64,000 bases of DNA from Minisyncoccota bacterium (lineage in GTDB: Bacteria > Patescibacteriota > Minisyncoccia > Phycocordibacterales > JBAZVT01), in assembly GCA_041660745.1 (NCBI GenBank), contig JBAZVT010000001.1, forward strand, positions 4,377 to 68,376. Direction: 5' to 3'. Numbering within the stretch: the stretch's first letter is position 1; each line of letters begins with the position of its first letter. Below, in pieces: positions 18,202-26,962 of the stretch. The position numbers and the translations under genes were made by a program. Under the pieces are notes generated by a model that had not been told where the DNA came from, ran no database searches, and saw only the letters and a program-made list of their open reading frames with translations.

Positions 18202-20281
18202 AACGCACCTTGGCGTCGGCCAGCTGCCACCAATTGTCGGCGGTGCTGTATTTCCGGGCCATGGCCTCGGCGACTTGGCTGATGTCTTCAGGCAAGTGAG
18301 GGTCATGGCTGGGATCAGGCAAGGGTATGCGGATTTTCCACAGCTGGCCGCCTTCCAGCAAGGCAAAGGCCTGCCCCTTGGGCAGCGCCATGATATCGGC
18401 CGTGGTCAGCATAGGTGCTTCGCGCAGGCCTAGGCTGTCCTCATTCCTGCTGATATAGTCCACCCCGGTGGTCAAGTCGGAGGAGTCCACCACCCCGGAC
18501 ACGGCGGTGAGCGTCATAATGTCCACCGGGTCTAGCTGATTGGTCAACAATTCCGCAGTCAACGGCTCTTTCACCCGCAGCATGACCAGAGTGTTGAAGT
18601 TGCCGACAATTTGGCCGGACTTGGCGCTAGTGCCCACCCGGGCCTCGATATCCGACAAGGTCTGGGTATAGGCGGTAACCTGGAAGCCGGCACCGCCGGC
18701 CTTATTGACCAGCGGGATAAACTCATCACCGATCAGCTCATTGAACTCATCACAATGCAGGTTGATGACCGGTGGCGTGGTGGCCTGTCCCTCTAACGGC
18801 GGCAGGCCAGAAGCCACCCCGTGCTTATAGATATGCCCGGCGACCGAGACCAGGTCGGCAAACATGGCATTGCCGACCGCCGATGACACCGCGGTATCGG
18901 TTTGCGCATCCAGGCCAACATAGACGATGCCGCCCCGCCGGATCACCTGCATCCAGTCAAAAATAGGCCGGCTGTCAGCCGTGTCCGCATAGTTCGGTGC
19001 CAGCAAATCGGCGATCTTGCCGGAAATCAGCTTTTCCATGAGCGGCAGCAAGGATGCCACCAACTTGTCATAGTATTTCTTGTCATATTCAAAAATCGAG
19101 CGCAGGCCATCGGCAATGCCATCGTACAGCCCGTTCTCCTTGGCATAGCGGATCATGGCAATGACCTCATGCGAACGTCCCTTCAACTCAAACGGCAAGT
19201 CCTTGTCCTGGATGCCGGCGGCCTGTTCCAAAATGGCCTGGTCCCAGCCCTTGGGGGCGGCTTCAGCCAACCAGTGCCGGTAGTAGGCCACCAGCAAGGG
19301 GTCTATATTGTTGATATAACGCACCACTTGCCGGTAATCAGGGCGTTGCCCCAGAGCATAGACGGCACTGCCGACGATATTGGAAAAGCGCCAGGCAAAC
19401 TCCCGGAAGGCGGCCGAATTGCCCTGGGAGGGCAAGGGGTTGGCGATGCGCGTGGCGATCTCGGTGATCCTGGAAAAGTTGCCAACGGGATTATAGCGTG
19501 CCGACAGTTCGGGGAAACCCAGGTGGAACAGGGTCAAGGCGTTTTGCCGGCCACTGCGGTGGGCTTCCGCCACCACCCGTTTCATTAGCGCCGGGTCGCC
19601 CTTGGGGTCAAACACGATGACCACATCGCCCCGGTGGATGTCCTGGGTAATTAAAATTTCCGCGAGCCGGGTCTTGCCGACACGCGTGGTGCCGAGCACT
19701 AAGGTATGGCCGACGCGTTCATACAGCGGCATGCTGACGTTGGATTCCACCATGCCCACGGCATGCAAGGCGATCTTGCCGCCTAGCGGGGCAATCGGCG
19801 GCACCGGGTTCCACCAGGCATCTTGCGACAACAGCCTGACCAGGCGGCCGACGAGGCGGGCCTGGCTGTACTGGCTGTACTTGTGCTCCAATAGCCGGGC
19901 CCAATGGTACAGTTTCCCGGGCTCGACATAGCGCCTGACCCGGGGTTGGCGGGCATCATACAGGCGCTGGCTGTGTTCCTGGTACCAGCGGAAACCCTTG
20001 CCCAAAAATAACCGTTGCTTACTGACCGGGATGCTGTCCGGGCGCACTTGGTAAAGCGGCAAGCGTTTCATGTTGCGTTGGTAACGCAGCACCTTAAAGG
20101 CCTGGCGCCCGCGCACAATGGCCAGCAAGGCTAAGCCGGCGCTGACCGGGTAGGCCAGCGGCACCGGCAACATAAGCGTTTGTGGGGTGCCGAGACAGAT
20201 CAAGGCTGCGCAGCTTGCCGCCGCCGCCGACCATAATTCTATGGGTGGGCGTAGCAGTGCTTCCAAGGGTTGCCGGCTCAT
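18194..20281 (-). CDS. traD: Type IV coupling protein TraD, PFGI-1 class
   Basis: EALLRPPIELW, Walker A GTTRVGKT, FDPKGD and DEFNEL..NKAGGAG. Confidence 0.95.
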   Translation of the reverse strand: MSRQPLEALLRPPIELWSAAAASCAALICLGTPQTLMLPVPLAYPVSAGLALLAIVRGRQAFKVLRYQRNMKRLPLYQVRPDSIPVSKQRLFLGKGFRWYQEHSQRLYDARQPRVRRYVEPGKLYHWARLLEHKYSQYSQARLVGRLVRLLSQDAWWNPVPPIAPLGGKIALHAVGMVESNVSMPLYERVGHTLVLGTTRVGKTRLAEILITQDIHRGDVVIVFDPKGDPALMKRVVAEAHRSGRQNALTLFHLGFPELSARYNPVGNFSRITEIATRIANPLPSQGNSAAFREFAWRFSNIVGSAVYALGQRPDYRQVVRYINNIDPLLVAYYRHWLAEAAPKGWDQAILEQAAGIQDKDLPFELKGRSHEVIAMIRYAKENGLYDGIADGLRSIFEYDKKYYDKLVASLLPLMEKLISGKIADLLAPNYADTADSRPIFDWMQVIRRGGIVYVGLDAQTDTAVSSAVGNAMFADLVSVAGHIYKHGVASGLPPLEGQATTPPVINLHCDEFNELIGDEFIPLVNKAGGAGFQVTAYTQTLSDIEARVGTSAKSGQIVGNFNTLVMLRVKEPLTAELLTNQLDPVDIMTLTAVSGVVDSSDLTTGVDYISRNEDSLGLREAPMLTTADIMALPKGQAFALLEGGQLWKIRIPLPDPSHDPHLPEDISQVAEAMARKYSTADNWWQLADAKVRYG

Positions 20282-20850
20282 TGTTCCAGCCCCTTGGCGG
20301 TTACCAACACCGGGTAATGCCGCAGGCCAAATTGCGTGGCCAAGTCCGAGCCCTGCACAGGGCTCAGCTGCAAGCCAGGCGCCAAGGCCTGTAGCTGCTG
20401 GAAAGCTTCTGCGCTGGGCGCCTCCACCACCAGGCCAGCGGCACCGACGGCCTGCAAGCGGGCGGCGTATTGGCTGAGCCAGGCCTGGGACTGGGCATCC
20501 GTGCCAACAACAAAAAACGGCGCCGGCAAAACCTGCTGGAAGGCACGGCCGGGCTCAACGCCGGGGCTTAGCTCCGGGGTGCTGACCGGGAACAACTGGT
20601 TGACAAAGTCGGCGGCCAAAGCTTCGGCCTCCAACGCCGGTGGGGCCTGTGGCAAGGCCGGGGCAGCGATGAAGTCTGCCATCGGGTGGCCTTGCCCGGT
20701 GTCATAGATCGCCACTGGCACGGCCACGGCAGGACTAGGGCATAAGGCGGACAAATTCGCCGCCAGCATCAATAAGGCGGCCTTATAAGGGCTGGGCAAG
20801 CCGCCATAAACATTCATATTTATAGGCATTTCAGTGCGCTTACTTAACAT
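20278..20850 (-). CDS. ICE protein TIGR03765 (DUF2859)-like
   Basis: FPVSTPELSPG, FFVVGTD..SQAWL and GSDLATQFGLRHYPVL. Start uncertain. Confidence 0.88.
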   Translation of the reverse strand: MLSKRTEMPINMNVYGGLPSPYKAALLMLAANLSALCPSPAVAVPVAIYDTGQGHPMADFIAAPALPQAPPALEAEALAADFVNQLFPVSTPELSPGVEPGRAFQQVLPAPFFVVGTDAQSQAWLSQYAARLQAVGAAGLVVEAPSAEAFQQLQALAPGLQLSPVQGSDLATQFGLRHYPVLVTAKGLEQ

Positions 20851-20852
20851 GG

Positions 20853-21758
20853 TTATCCTAGGGGTGGAGGCACCGGATGTTGGGTGCGTGGGTAGTTCGC
20901 CATGATGCTGTGGACATACTGGCGGGTTTCAGGGTAAGGCGGGATGCCTTGGTAGCGTGCCACCGCGTTCTCCCCAGCATTGTAAGCTGCCAGGGTCAAG
21001 GCCACATCGCCCTGGAAACGCCTTAGCAGCCAGTGCAGGTAGGCCATGCCGCCGCGCAGGTTATCCTCCGGGTCAAATGGGAAGCGCACGCCAAAGCGTT
21101 GGGCGGTGGTGGGGAGCAGTTGCATCAGGCCTTGGGCCTGTTTCGGTGAGCGTGCTTTTGGGTTAAAGCCGGATTCCTGGGCGATCACGGCGGTCACCAA
21201 GGCCGGATCCAGGGTGTAGGCCGGGGCCAGGCGGGCAACCAAGTCGGCAATCTGTTGCGGTTGTTTAGGGGGGTTTGCAGCCCGCTTGACAGGCTGGCAA
21301 AAGCCAGCCCAGCCTAAACGGTCAAAGCGTTGGCTAAGCCGGTTCAAGGCACGGCTTTTATAATTGAACTTGGGCAAGCCCAAGGCCAAGTTGGTTTGCG
21401 GGTCTAGCAAATCCACAATGTTGGCCTCGGTGCCGGTAACCGGCACTTGCAGCAAGCCCACCTGAATATCCGGTAGCTGTCGGTGTATGGCCGCCAGCAA
21501 GGCGGCATGGGCGTCGGCACGGCTTGGGTAGTAGTGGCTTTGCCCGGCACTGCTGAGTGTCCAGGGCCATGGTGTTTTACAGCCATTGTCGAGCACCACG
21601 CCCGAGCGCTGCAATGCGGCCAGGTAGGCCAGTTTGGCCGGTACCTTGGCGCTGGCGGCAGCATGCACATAGCCGGCCGGCAAGGGCGGGGCAGCGCCAG
21701 CTACGGCGGCCAGCGCCATCAGGCAGAGGCCTAGCGCGGGCCTACCTGGGCACAGCAT
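20853..21758 (-). CDS. Lytic transglycosylase with two SLT-like domains
   Basis: N-terminal ICE-type domain (ALQRSG..PWPWTL..GLLQV); C-terminal SLT (AQESGFNP..AQGLMQL..AAYNAG). ATG at 21758 gives a signal peptide. Confidence 0.85.
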   Translation of the reverse strand: MLCPGRPALGLCLMALAAVAGAAPPLPAGYVHAAASAKVPAKLAYLAALQRSGVVLDNGCKTPWPWTLSSAGQSHYYPSRADAHAALLAAIHRQLPDIQVGLLQVPVTGTEANIVDLLDPQTNLALGLPKFNYKSRALNRLSQRFDRLGWAGFCQPVKRAANPPKQPQQIADLVARLAPAYTLDPALVTAVIAQESGFNPKARSPKQAQGLMQLLPTTAQRFGVRFPFDPEDNLRGGMAYLHWLLRRFQGDVALTLAAYNAGENAVARYQGIPPYPETRQYVHSIMANYPRTQHPVPPPLG

Positions 21759-22305
21759 CCAGGCCACATTGCACCTGATACAAGAGTGCCAACCAATACT
21801 GGGGCAAAAACACATCCGCCAACCAGGCCCTGGCGGCCGCTTCAAAAAGGAAATGGCACTGCAGGCAGCAGGCGCTGACCGACGTGCCGGCATAAAATTG
21901 CCAGCCCTGGGTCAAGCTGGCGCCACTGTCCCAGCCATAGGCCACCATCGCCGGTAAAGCCTGCTCTAGTCCAGCGAAGACACGATGTTGCAAATACTCC
22001 AGCAATAGGCCTTGGCGGTGGCAACGCCCCAATAATGCTTCCGGGCAGAATTCCCAGACCACTTGGTTGCCCTGCCGGCGCTCCCATAAGACCCCCCAGG
22101 CAAACACAAAGCCATAGGCGTGTTTGAACGGCACGTTAGGCGGTTTGTCCATAGCTGGCGCCATGGGCTTGTGCGCGGCCATCAGCCGCCGCCTAAACGC
22201 AAACTCAGCAGCCAGCACCGGTGGCAGCGGTAACCTTTGTTTATGCGTCAAGTCAATCCGCCCTGCTGTGCCAGTGGCGTCGTCCGGTGCCTGCGGCTGC
22301 GCCAT
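21742..22305 (-). CDS. Hypothetical protein within the transfer operon
   Basis: 187 aa; start overlaps the upstream stop and the stop overlaps the next start. No motif recognised. Confidence 0.6.
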   Translation of the reverse strand: MAQPQAPDDATGTAGRIDLTHKQRLPLPPVLAAEFAFRRRLMAAHKPMAPAMDKPPNVPFKHAYGFVFAWGVLWERRQGNQVVWEFCPEALLGRCHRQGLLLEYLQHRVFAGLEQALPAMVAYGWDSGASLTQGWQFYAGTSVSACCLQCHFLFEAAARAWLADVFLPQYWLALLYQVQCGLDAVPR

Positions 22306-23126
22306 CAGTGTTCCAAGGCCGTGGGCTCAAAGGCAGTGAAGGCCTTGTCCCGTTCCAATACCGATTTCGGCACTGTCGCAGCAATGCCGGCCACTGTTGC
22401 CAACGTCCCCCGGTCATGGTTCAAGGTCACTGACTTGTGCTTCAGGCGGGCAGGGTCAAACTTGTGCTGCTTTGCCCAGGCCCTGATGTCATCATCGCTG
22501 TTGGCATCAACAACAAAAATGTCCAATTGCGTCTGACTTAAGCTGGTGGCCGCCAATAACAGCGCCAACTGTTGGCCACAAGGTAAGCAGGGCTTGATGC
22601 GGGTAAAGAACAGGACCCGGTCTTGCCGGGTCAAATGCAGAGCTGGTGGGGCAGCCGGCAAACCCAGCACAGCGGTGTCTATGAGGGCGCCGTTGGGGTT
22701 TAATTTACGGGCTTCTTCGGCATAGGCCTTGGCAAATGCCAACACCCGTGCGGTGTCTTCCTGCATCAGTTTGGCAAGGCGGGCAGCATAGTCGCGGCGT
22801 TCACGGTCGCTGTCGGCATGGATGCCCAACACTTCAAGGGGTGACAGGTTAACCGGGCTGATGCTGCCACGGATGCCTTGCATCAGGCCCTCATAGCGTG
22901 TCCATTCGTTTTCATCCAAGCCCCATTGGCTACGGCTGAAGCGGGCGTTCTCCGCCGCACTGGCATGGGCATTGGCTGTCCCCAGGCTCGGGCCTTGCAC
23001 CTGTGTGGTGCTGGTGTCCACCGCCCAGCTGTCCGGCAGGGCCAAGAGCATCAGGGCAGTGCCTAAAAGCAGGTGGGCGGGCTTAGCCAAAGCCATCGCC
23101 CCTACACGGTGTTGGCGCTTATTCAT
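22305..23126 (-). CDS. ICE protein TIGR03759 (PFL_4693)-like
   Basis: WGLDENEWTRYEGLMQGIRGSISP, LSPLEVLGIHA, a CxxC and VTLNHDRG. Confidence 0.9.
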   Translation of the reverse strand: MNKRQHRVGAMALAKPAHLLLGTALMLLALPDSWAVDTSTTQVQGPSLGTANAHASAAENARFSRSQWGLDENEWTRYEGLMQGIRGSISPVNLSPLEVLGIHADSDRERRDYAARLAKLMQEDTARVLAFAKAYAEEARKLNPNGALIDTAVLGLPAAPPALHLTRQDRVLFFTRIKPCLPCGQQLALLLAATSLSQTQLDIFVVDANSDDDIRAWAKQHKFDPARLKHKSVTLNHDRGTLATVAGIAATVPKSVLERDKAFTAFEPTALEH

Positions 23127-23883
23127 AGCCGCCCTTGTCTTGCCGGTGTAGGACCTGACGCCCACGGGTGCCCTGTAAGGTGACCTGGTCAGCATCGGCG
23201 GCCTCTATAGTCCAGTCCGACACCGGATCACCAATTTTAATTAGTTGATACTGGTTGCTGGGGCTTGCCTTGACCAGCACCCGTTTTTGCCCGCCCCAGC
23301 GGTTGACTGCCAGCACCTGGTAGGCCGGCACCAGGCGGGCTAGTGGCAAACTGTCCGGGGCATCGAGGTCACGGCCAGCGGGGTTGCGGCGGCGGGATGC
23401 GGCTGAAGCAAGCGGTTGCCGCCTGCGGACAGCAGGCTTAGCGGAAGGTGTTGTTGACGCTGGGGCGGCCTTGGCCGGCAGCGCTATTTTTAAGTTGTCG
23501 AGTTCTGCCTGCTGCCGGGCCAAGGTGGCCTGCACCTCCGTTAAGCTGGTACCCAAGCTGTTGGCCAAGGCTTCCAGCCTGGACAGGCGCAGGCCATAGT
23601 CGTCCAGAATTTGGCCATGCCGGCTTATGGCCACCGTTAAGCTAGGCTCAGGGCTGGATTCAAGCGGGATAGGTCCAGCTGCAGTACTGGCCGCATCAAG
23701 CGTAACCGCTGGTACTGCCGTAGCGGCTTCTATAGCTGTAGGGGTTGACGAAGGCTTGGTCAAGGCACGATAGCTAAATAACCCAATACAACTTAACAAG
23801 CCTAAGATGATGACAACTATTAAGGGCAAATAAGGCGATACCGGCCAGTTAAGGGCTTTTAAACGGGCGAGGACAGCAGTCAT
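23119..23883 (-). CDS. ICE membrane-anchored coiled-coil protein
   Basis: TM helix, coiled coil, Pro/Ala linker and a C-terminal beta domain (IGDPVSDWTI); sits between pilL and the TIGR03759-like gene. Confidence 0.75.
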   Translation of the reverse strand: MTAVLARLKALNWPVSPYLPLIVVIILGLLSCIGLFSYRALTKPSSTPTAIEAATAVPAVTLDAASTAAGPIPLESSPEPSLTVAISRHGQILDDYGLRLSRLEALANSLGTSLTEVQATLARQQAELDNLKIALPAKAAPASTTPSAKPAVRRRQPLASAASRRRNPAGRDLDAPDSLPLARLVPAYQVLAVNRWGGQKRVLVKASPSNQYQLIKIGDPVSDWTIEAADADQVTLQGTRGRQVLHRQDKGGYE

Positions 23884-24404
23884 TGGGCAACCCCGGGTGG
23901 GTAGCTGGGATCTAGGTCATAGGCCACCACCCGGCCCACGGGGTCCACCAATAAGCGGTAGCCATTGCCAGCCAAGGCCAGCAAGGCATCGCGCAAAATG
24001 ACATTGGCAAAATGCCGGTGTACCTCGGGGATGATTTGCCGTACCAGCGCCTGTACTTTCGGGTTAGGGGTAATGGTGGTACTGAAATGGTAACCGCTAA
24101 ACTGCAACAGGTATTGGGCGCTGTCACGCACGGTGTTGACATTGGGGGGGAGTTGTACGTCGATGACGGTCAACAGGGGGTTTAACTGTTCCAGGGTTGG
24201 TGTTGCCGGCACATAGGTGTAACGGCCGGTCTGGGTTTGTACAGGCTCAGGTAATGCTAAGCTCGGCTGGCTTTGATAGGCTTCCGGCAAGCTTAGGCCT
24301 ACGGCACTTGGGGCTTCCGTCTGCCCTGGGCTGGGGGCTTGCGCACAAGCTGCCAGGGCTAGGCTAAGCAGGGTTAGGCTTATGGGTAGGGCTCTGGATG
24401 GCAT
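23880..24404 (-). CDS. pilL: PFGI-1 class PilL-like lipoprotein (TIGR03748-like)
   Basis: Lipobox LAAC; QTGRYT, EQLNPL..IDV, YLLQFSGY and PEVHR..LRDALLALAG; ATG at 24404. Confidence 0.85.
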   Translation of the reverse strand: MPSRALPISLTLLSLALAACAQAPSPGQTEAPSAVGLSLPEAYQSQPSLALPEPVQTQTGRYTYVPATPTLEQLNPLLTVIDVQLPPNVNTVRDSAQYLLQFSGYHFSTTITPNPKVQALVRQIIPEVHRHFANVILRDALLALAGNGYRLLVDPVGRVVAYDLDPSYPPGVAQ

Positions 24405-24466
24405 GGGGTTCACCTTCGTTTTGGGGTCAGGTGAATGATGGCCCAGACGGCTTGTTGATTTCAACA

Positions 24467-24498
24467 ATCAACCGTCTATCCATGGCATGCGATTAAAT
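24467..24498 (-). promoter_or_regulatory. Conserved 32-bp upstream motif, copy 2 (putative activator site)
   Basis: ATCAACCGTCTATCCATGGCATGCGATTAAAT, upstream of the pilL operon. Confidence 0.8.
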
Positions 24499-24701
24499 TG
24501 GCCGGTTTCTTTGGCGCTAAGCCATAAAGCCGTTTAGGGAGGGGGAAAGAATGGCCATCTTAAGCCACCCCTGGTTTTAGGCACCATTATAAACTAGGGG
24601 TAAGGATACGTTTATCGCCAGTAGGTTCTCCTGATATTGGAAATAACCAGGCCAACCAACCAGCGAGGATAGGGTATTGACCCTATCACAATGCCTAGTG
24701 C

Positions 24702-24896
24702 CTATTAAATAGGGTACGGCTCCAACTGGATGACCTGGAGCCGACATTGACCAGTCACGGCTACCGCGTCAAAGACCTAGTAGAGCAATTCGACGCCAAA
24801 CCAGCAGAGATTAAGGCACTATTCAGCAATAGCTTAGACGCTACTCGCATGGCTGAACTACGCAGCCAATTTTTGGCTGCTGGTCTGCCTATCTGA
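24702..24896 (+). pseudogene. 3' fragment of an ExeA/TnsC-like transposon ATPase
   Basis: Startless frame ..QLDDLEPTLTSHGYRVKDLVEQFDAKPAEIKALFSNSLDATRMAELRSQFLAAGLPI*. Resembles, from recall, the C-terminus of transposon ExeA-family ATPases. Confidence 0.6.
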
Positions 24897-24909
24897 TGAG
24901 CCTTGATAG

Positions 24910-25079
24910 CTAATTTCATTTGCAATTAAAGCCCGCGAAATTGATTTGCGAGCTGACACGGATAAATGCAAGCTCATTTGCAGATAATTTGAGCTCGACG
25001 GTTATTTCATTTGCAATTATTGTGAGCTCAAAACAACGTTAAATGCGAGCCCGGCCGGTTTCAAATGCGAGCCGTTACA
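24910..25079 (-). mobile_element. Transposon end with multiple internal repeats (element lay to the left)
   Basis: Read inward from 25079: TGTAACGGCTCGCATTT..GCTCGCATTT..GCTCACAATAATTGCAAATGAA..GCTTGCATTT..TAATTGCAAATGAA. Same architecture as the end at 54682. Confidence 0.75.
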
Positions 25080-25197
25080 ATTACTCACTGCGTCAAGGTA
25101 TGGGGTTATAGTATAACCATATGTATTTAATAGATAACTTTGTTCTGGTAGCAGTATTGTAAACTGACCCCGTTGATCCTAATGTTTGTTTGTTCAA

Positions 25198-25518
25198 TCA
25201 ATTCCATATCACAATTGGCTCTCCAGGGACTCGGAGTTGCATTGCTTCTGGCCCCATATACGCCTCGTCTCGCATATCTATCCGAAGCGCCCAATTGTTT
25301 TCGAACCTAATCGTAATCGTATCCACACCCTCATCTACGTAAGTAACAATATTGCCAATCAACCGCTGTATATCACCCAAAACAAATCCCACTAACTCAT
25401 ACCTATTGTAAATGGCGAGGCTAATCCTGTTTTCAAAGCTTATCCCAGTATCGCCATCAGCGAATACAGCATCTTCAATCTTTAAGCCGCAGATGACACT
25501 CAGTTTTGATTTTCCCAT
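25198..25518 (-). CDS. Putative orphan immunity protein
   Basis: ~106 aa, acidic and AT-rich; immediately downstream of the orphan toxin tip. Confidence 0.7.
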   Translation of the reverse strand: MGKSKLSVICGLKIEDAVFADGDTGISFENRISLAIYNRYELVGFVLGDIQRLIGNIVTYVDEGVDTITIRFENNWALRIDMRDEAYMGPEAMQLRVPGEPIVIWN

Positions 25519-25531
25519 TTCCGTTGTCCCG

Positions 25532-26401
25532 CTAGTCAATTGGAAAGTGCGATGGAGAATTGGGTAAAGTCTTACCGCTGTATGGATCTACTCCCTGTGG
25601 CCTAGGGATTGCTGAATTTTCGTACTTGATATAACCGTTTGGATAGCCTGGGCTATTACCCCTTGCTGGAGTTGGGTTCATTAACCTAATTGTTGAAACC
25701 TGTCCGTTTGCACCACCCGCACCACCAGTGAATGCAACACCTGTTTGACTCCCTGCAGGACTAATTACTGGACTTGGGCCAGTTGCTCCTTTCGGGACGG
25801 GGAAAGCAGTCCCACTTGGAGACACGACGAAGTCAGGAGCCCCATTAGCCCCCCCTGCAACATCACTAGACTGATTATTATAAACATTATTCAAAGCCGC
25901 TTGATTAGCACTAAGTAATCGTTGCCCTGCATCAAGCACTAAACCAGAGCCAATCGCTACACCAGCAGCAGTCGCCGGAGCCAATGCAACTGAACCGCCC
26001 CCTAACGTCGGCAACCCAGAAAGTAAATTACCACTAACAGAACCGCCTATAATGGCCGTACCCAGTGCGCCTTCTAAGATACCAATTCTGGTTTGGGGAT
26101 TGGTTAAGACACTGCCAAAATAACTAATCGTCGGTGTAATCGCATTGGAAATCCGGTTCGCGTCAACCCACTGGGATCATTAAAGTTTACCGGATTATTG
26201 CCGACATAGGCATACAAATTAATGCCCGCCGCCATAACCCAAGGGGTCACGCTGGATAAACCGGCCTAAATTTGGCCAGTAGTAGCGTGCCCGGTAGAAA
26301 TATAAGCCGGGACTGTCCTTCGACCGCTCCCGGCCCGTGTAGCTGTAGTCCGGAAAGCTGCCGGTCAGGAAGGAGTTTCTACCATACACGTCATAACGCA
26401 C
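25532..26401 (-). pseudogene. Orphan Rhs core remnant plus alternative C-terminal toxin tip
   Basis: 26169-26401 is a diverged copy of 27501-27732 (GLYFYRARYYWPNLGRFIQRDP..NPVNFNDPSG) with a +1 frameshift, and a second shift follows DPSG. The toxin tip ends ..RLMNPT..GYPNGYIKYEN..DPYSGKTLPNSPSHFPID. Confidence 0.85.
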
Positions 26402-26611
26402 CCAGGCCCTGGTGGCTGGTTTGTACTACAGTTTTTAATCAGAAATCAGTCGAAACTGATCCCAATACTGCAAAATTCAAGACCAGACCCTGTTCTTCCA
26501 GAATTTGCGACAGTGCCCAGCCGCAACCAAGACCGACCCCGTTCTTCTCGTATGATCAACAATCAATCGAGACTGCCCCCTTGATTACGGTTAGCCTAGT
26601 AACTATAACCC

Positions 26612-26962
26612 TCAGAATATTGAGGCTAGAGAAGACCAATCAGGTTCAATTAGTGAACCATTTCCCCATCTAATCAACTCTAATTCTAAAAGTCGGCCAT
26701 TTTCATCCTTAAACAGATCGACAGAAATACTAGTTCCATCTTTATCTTTGAGTGTCCATTCAAAACCGAATGATTTTTGTCCTTGGTATTCGGGTCTGAC
26801 ATAGCCTTCTATTCCGAAGATAATTCGTGATCCATCAGATGTTTCTTCCGCAACGAAAGCGCGTGCATAATCTTCTTCCAACTGTAATCTTTCTTGTTCT
26901 GATAGCTGATCTGTTACCGTGCTTATCAAATTTCTCTCATTAACGTTAAGTGCTCGTTTCAT
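26612..26962 (-). CDS. Cognate Rhs immunity protein (DUF6984-like)
   Basis: ATGA overlap with the Rhs stop; DKDG..VDLFKDENGRLLELELIRW; AT-rich. Confidence 0.75.
   Translation of the reverse strand: MKRALNVNERNLISTVTDQLSEQERLQLEEDYARAFVAEETSDGSRIIFGIEGYVRPEYQGQKSFGFEWTLKDKDGTSISVDLFKDENGRLLELELIRWGNGSLIEPDWSSLASIF

Noticed and set aside
778-24142. Many overlapping 60-260 aa ORFs antisense or out of frame to the transfer genes
   Set aside because: Shadow ORFs of GC-rich coding DNA; no motifs, and fully overlapped by well-supported genes.
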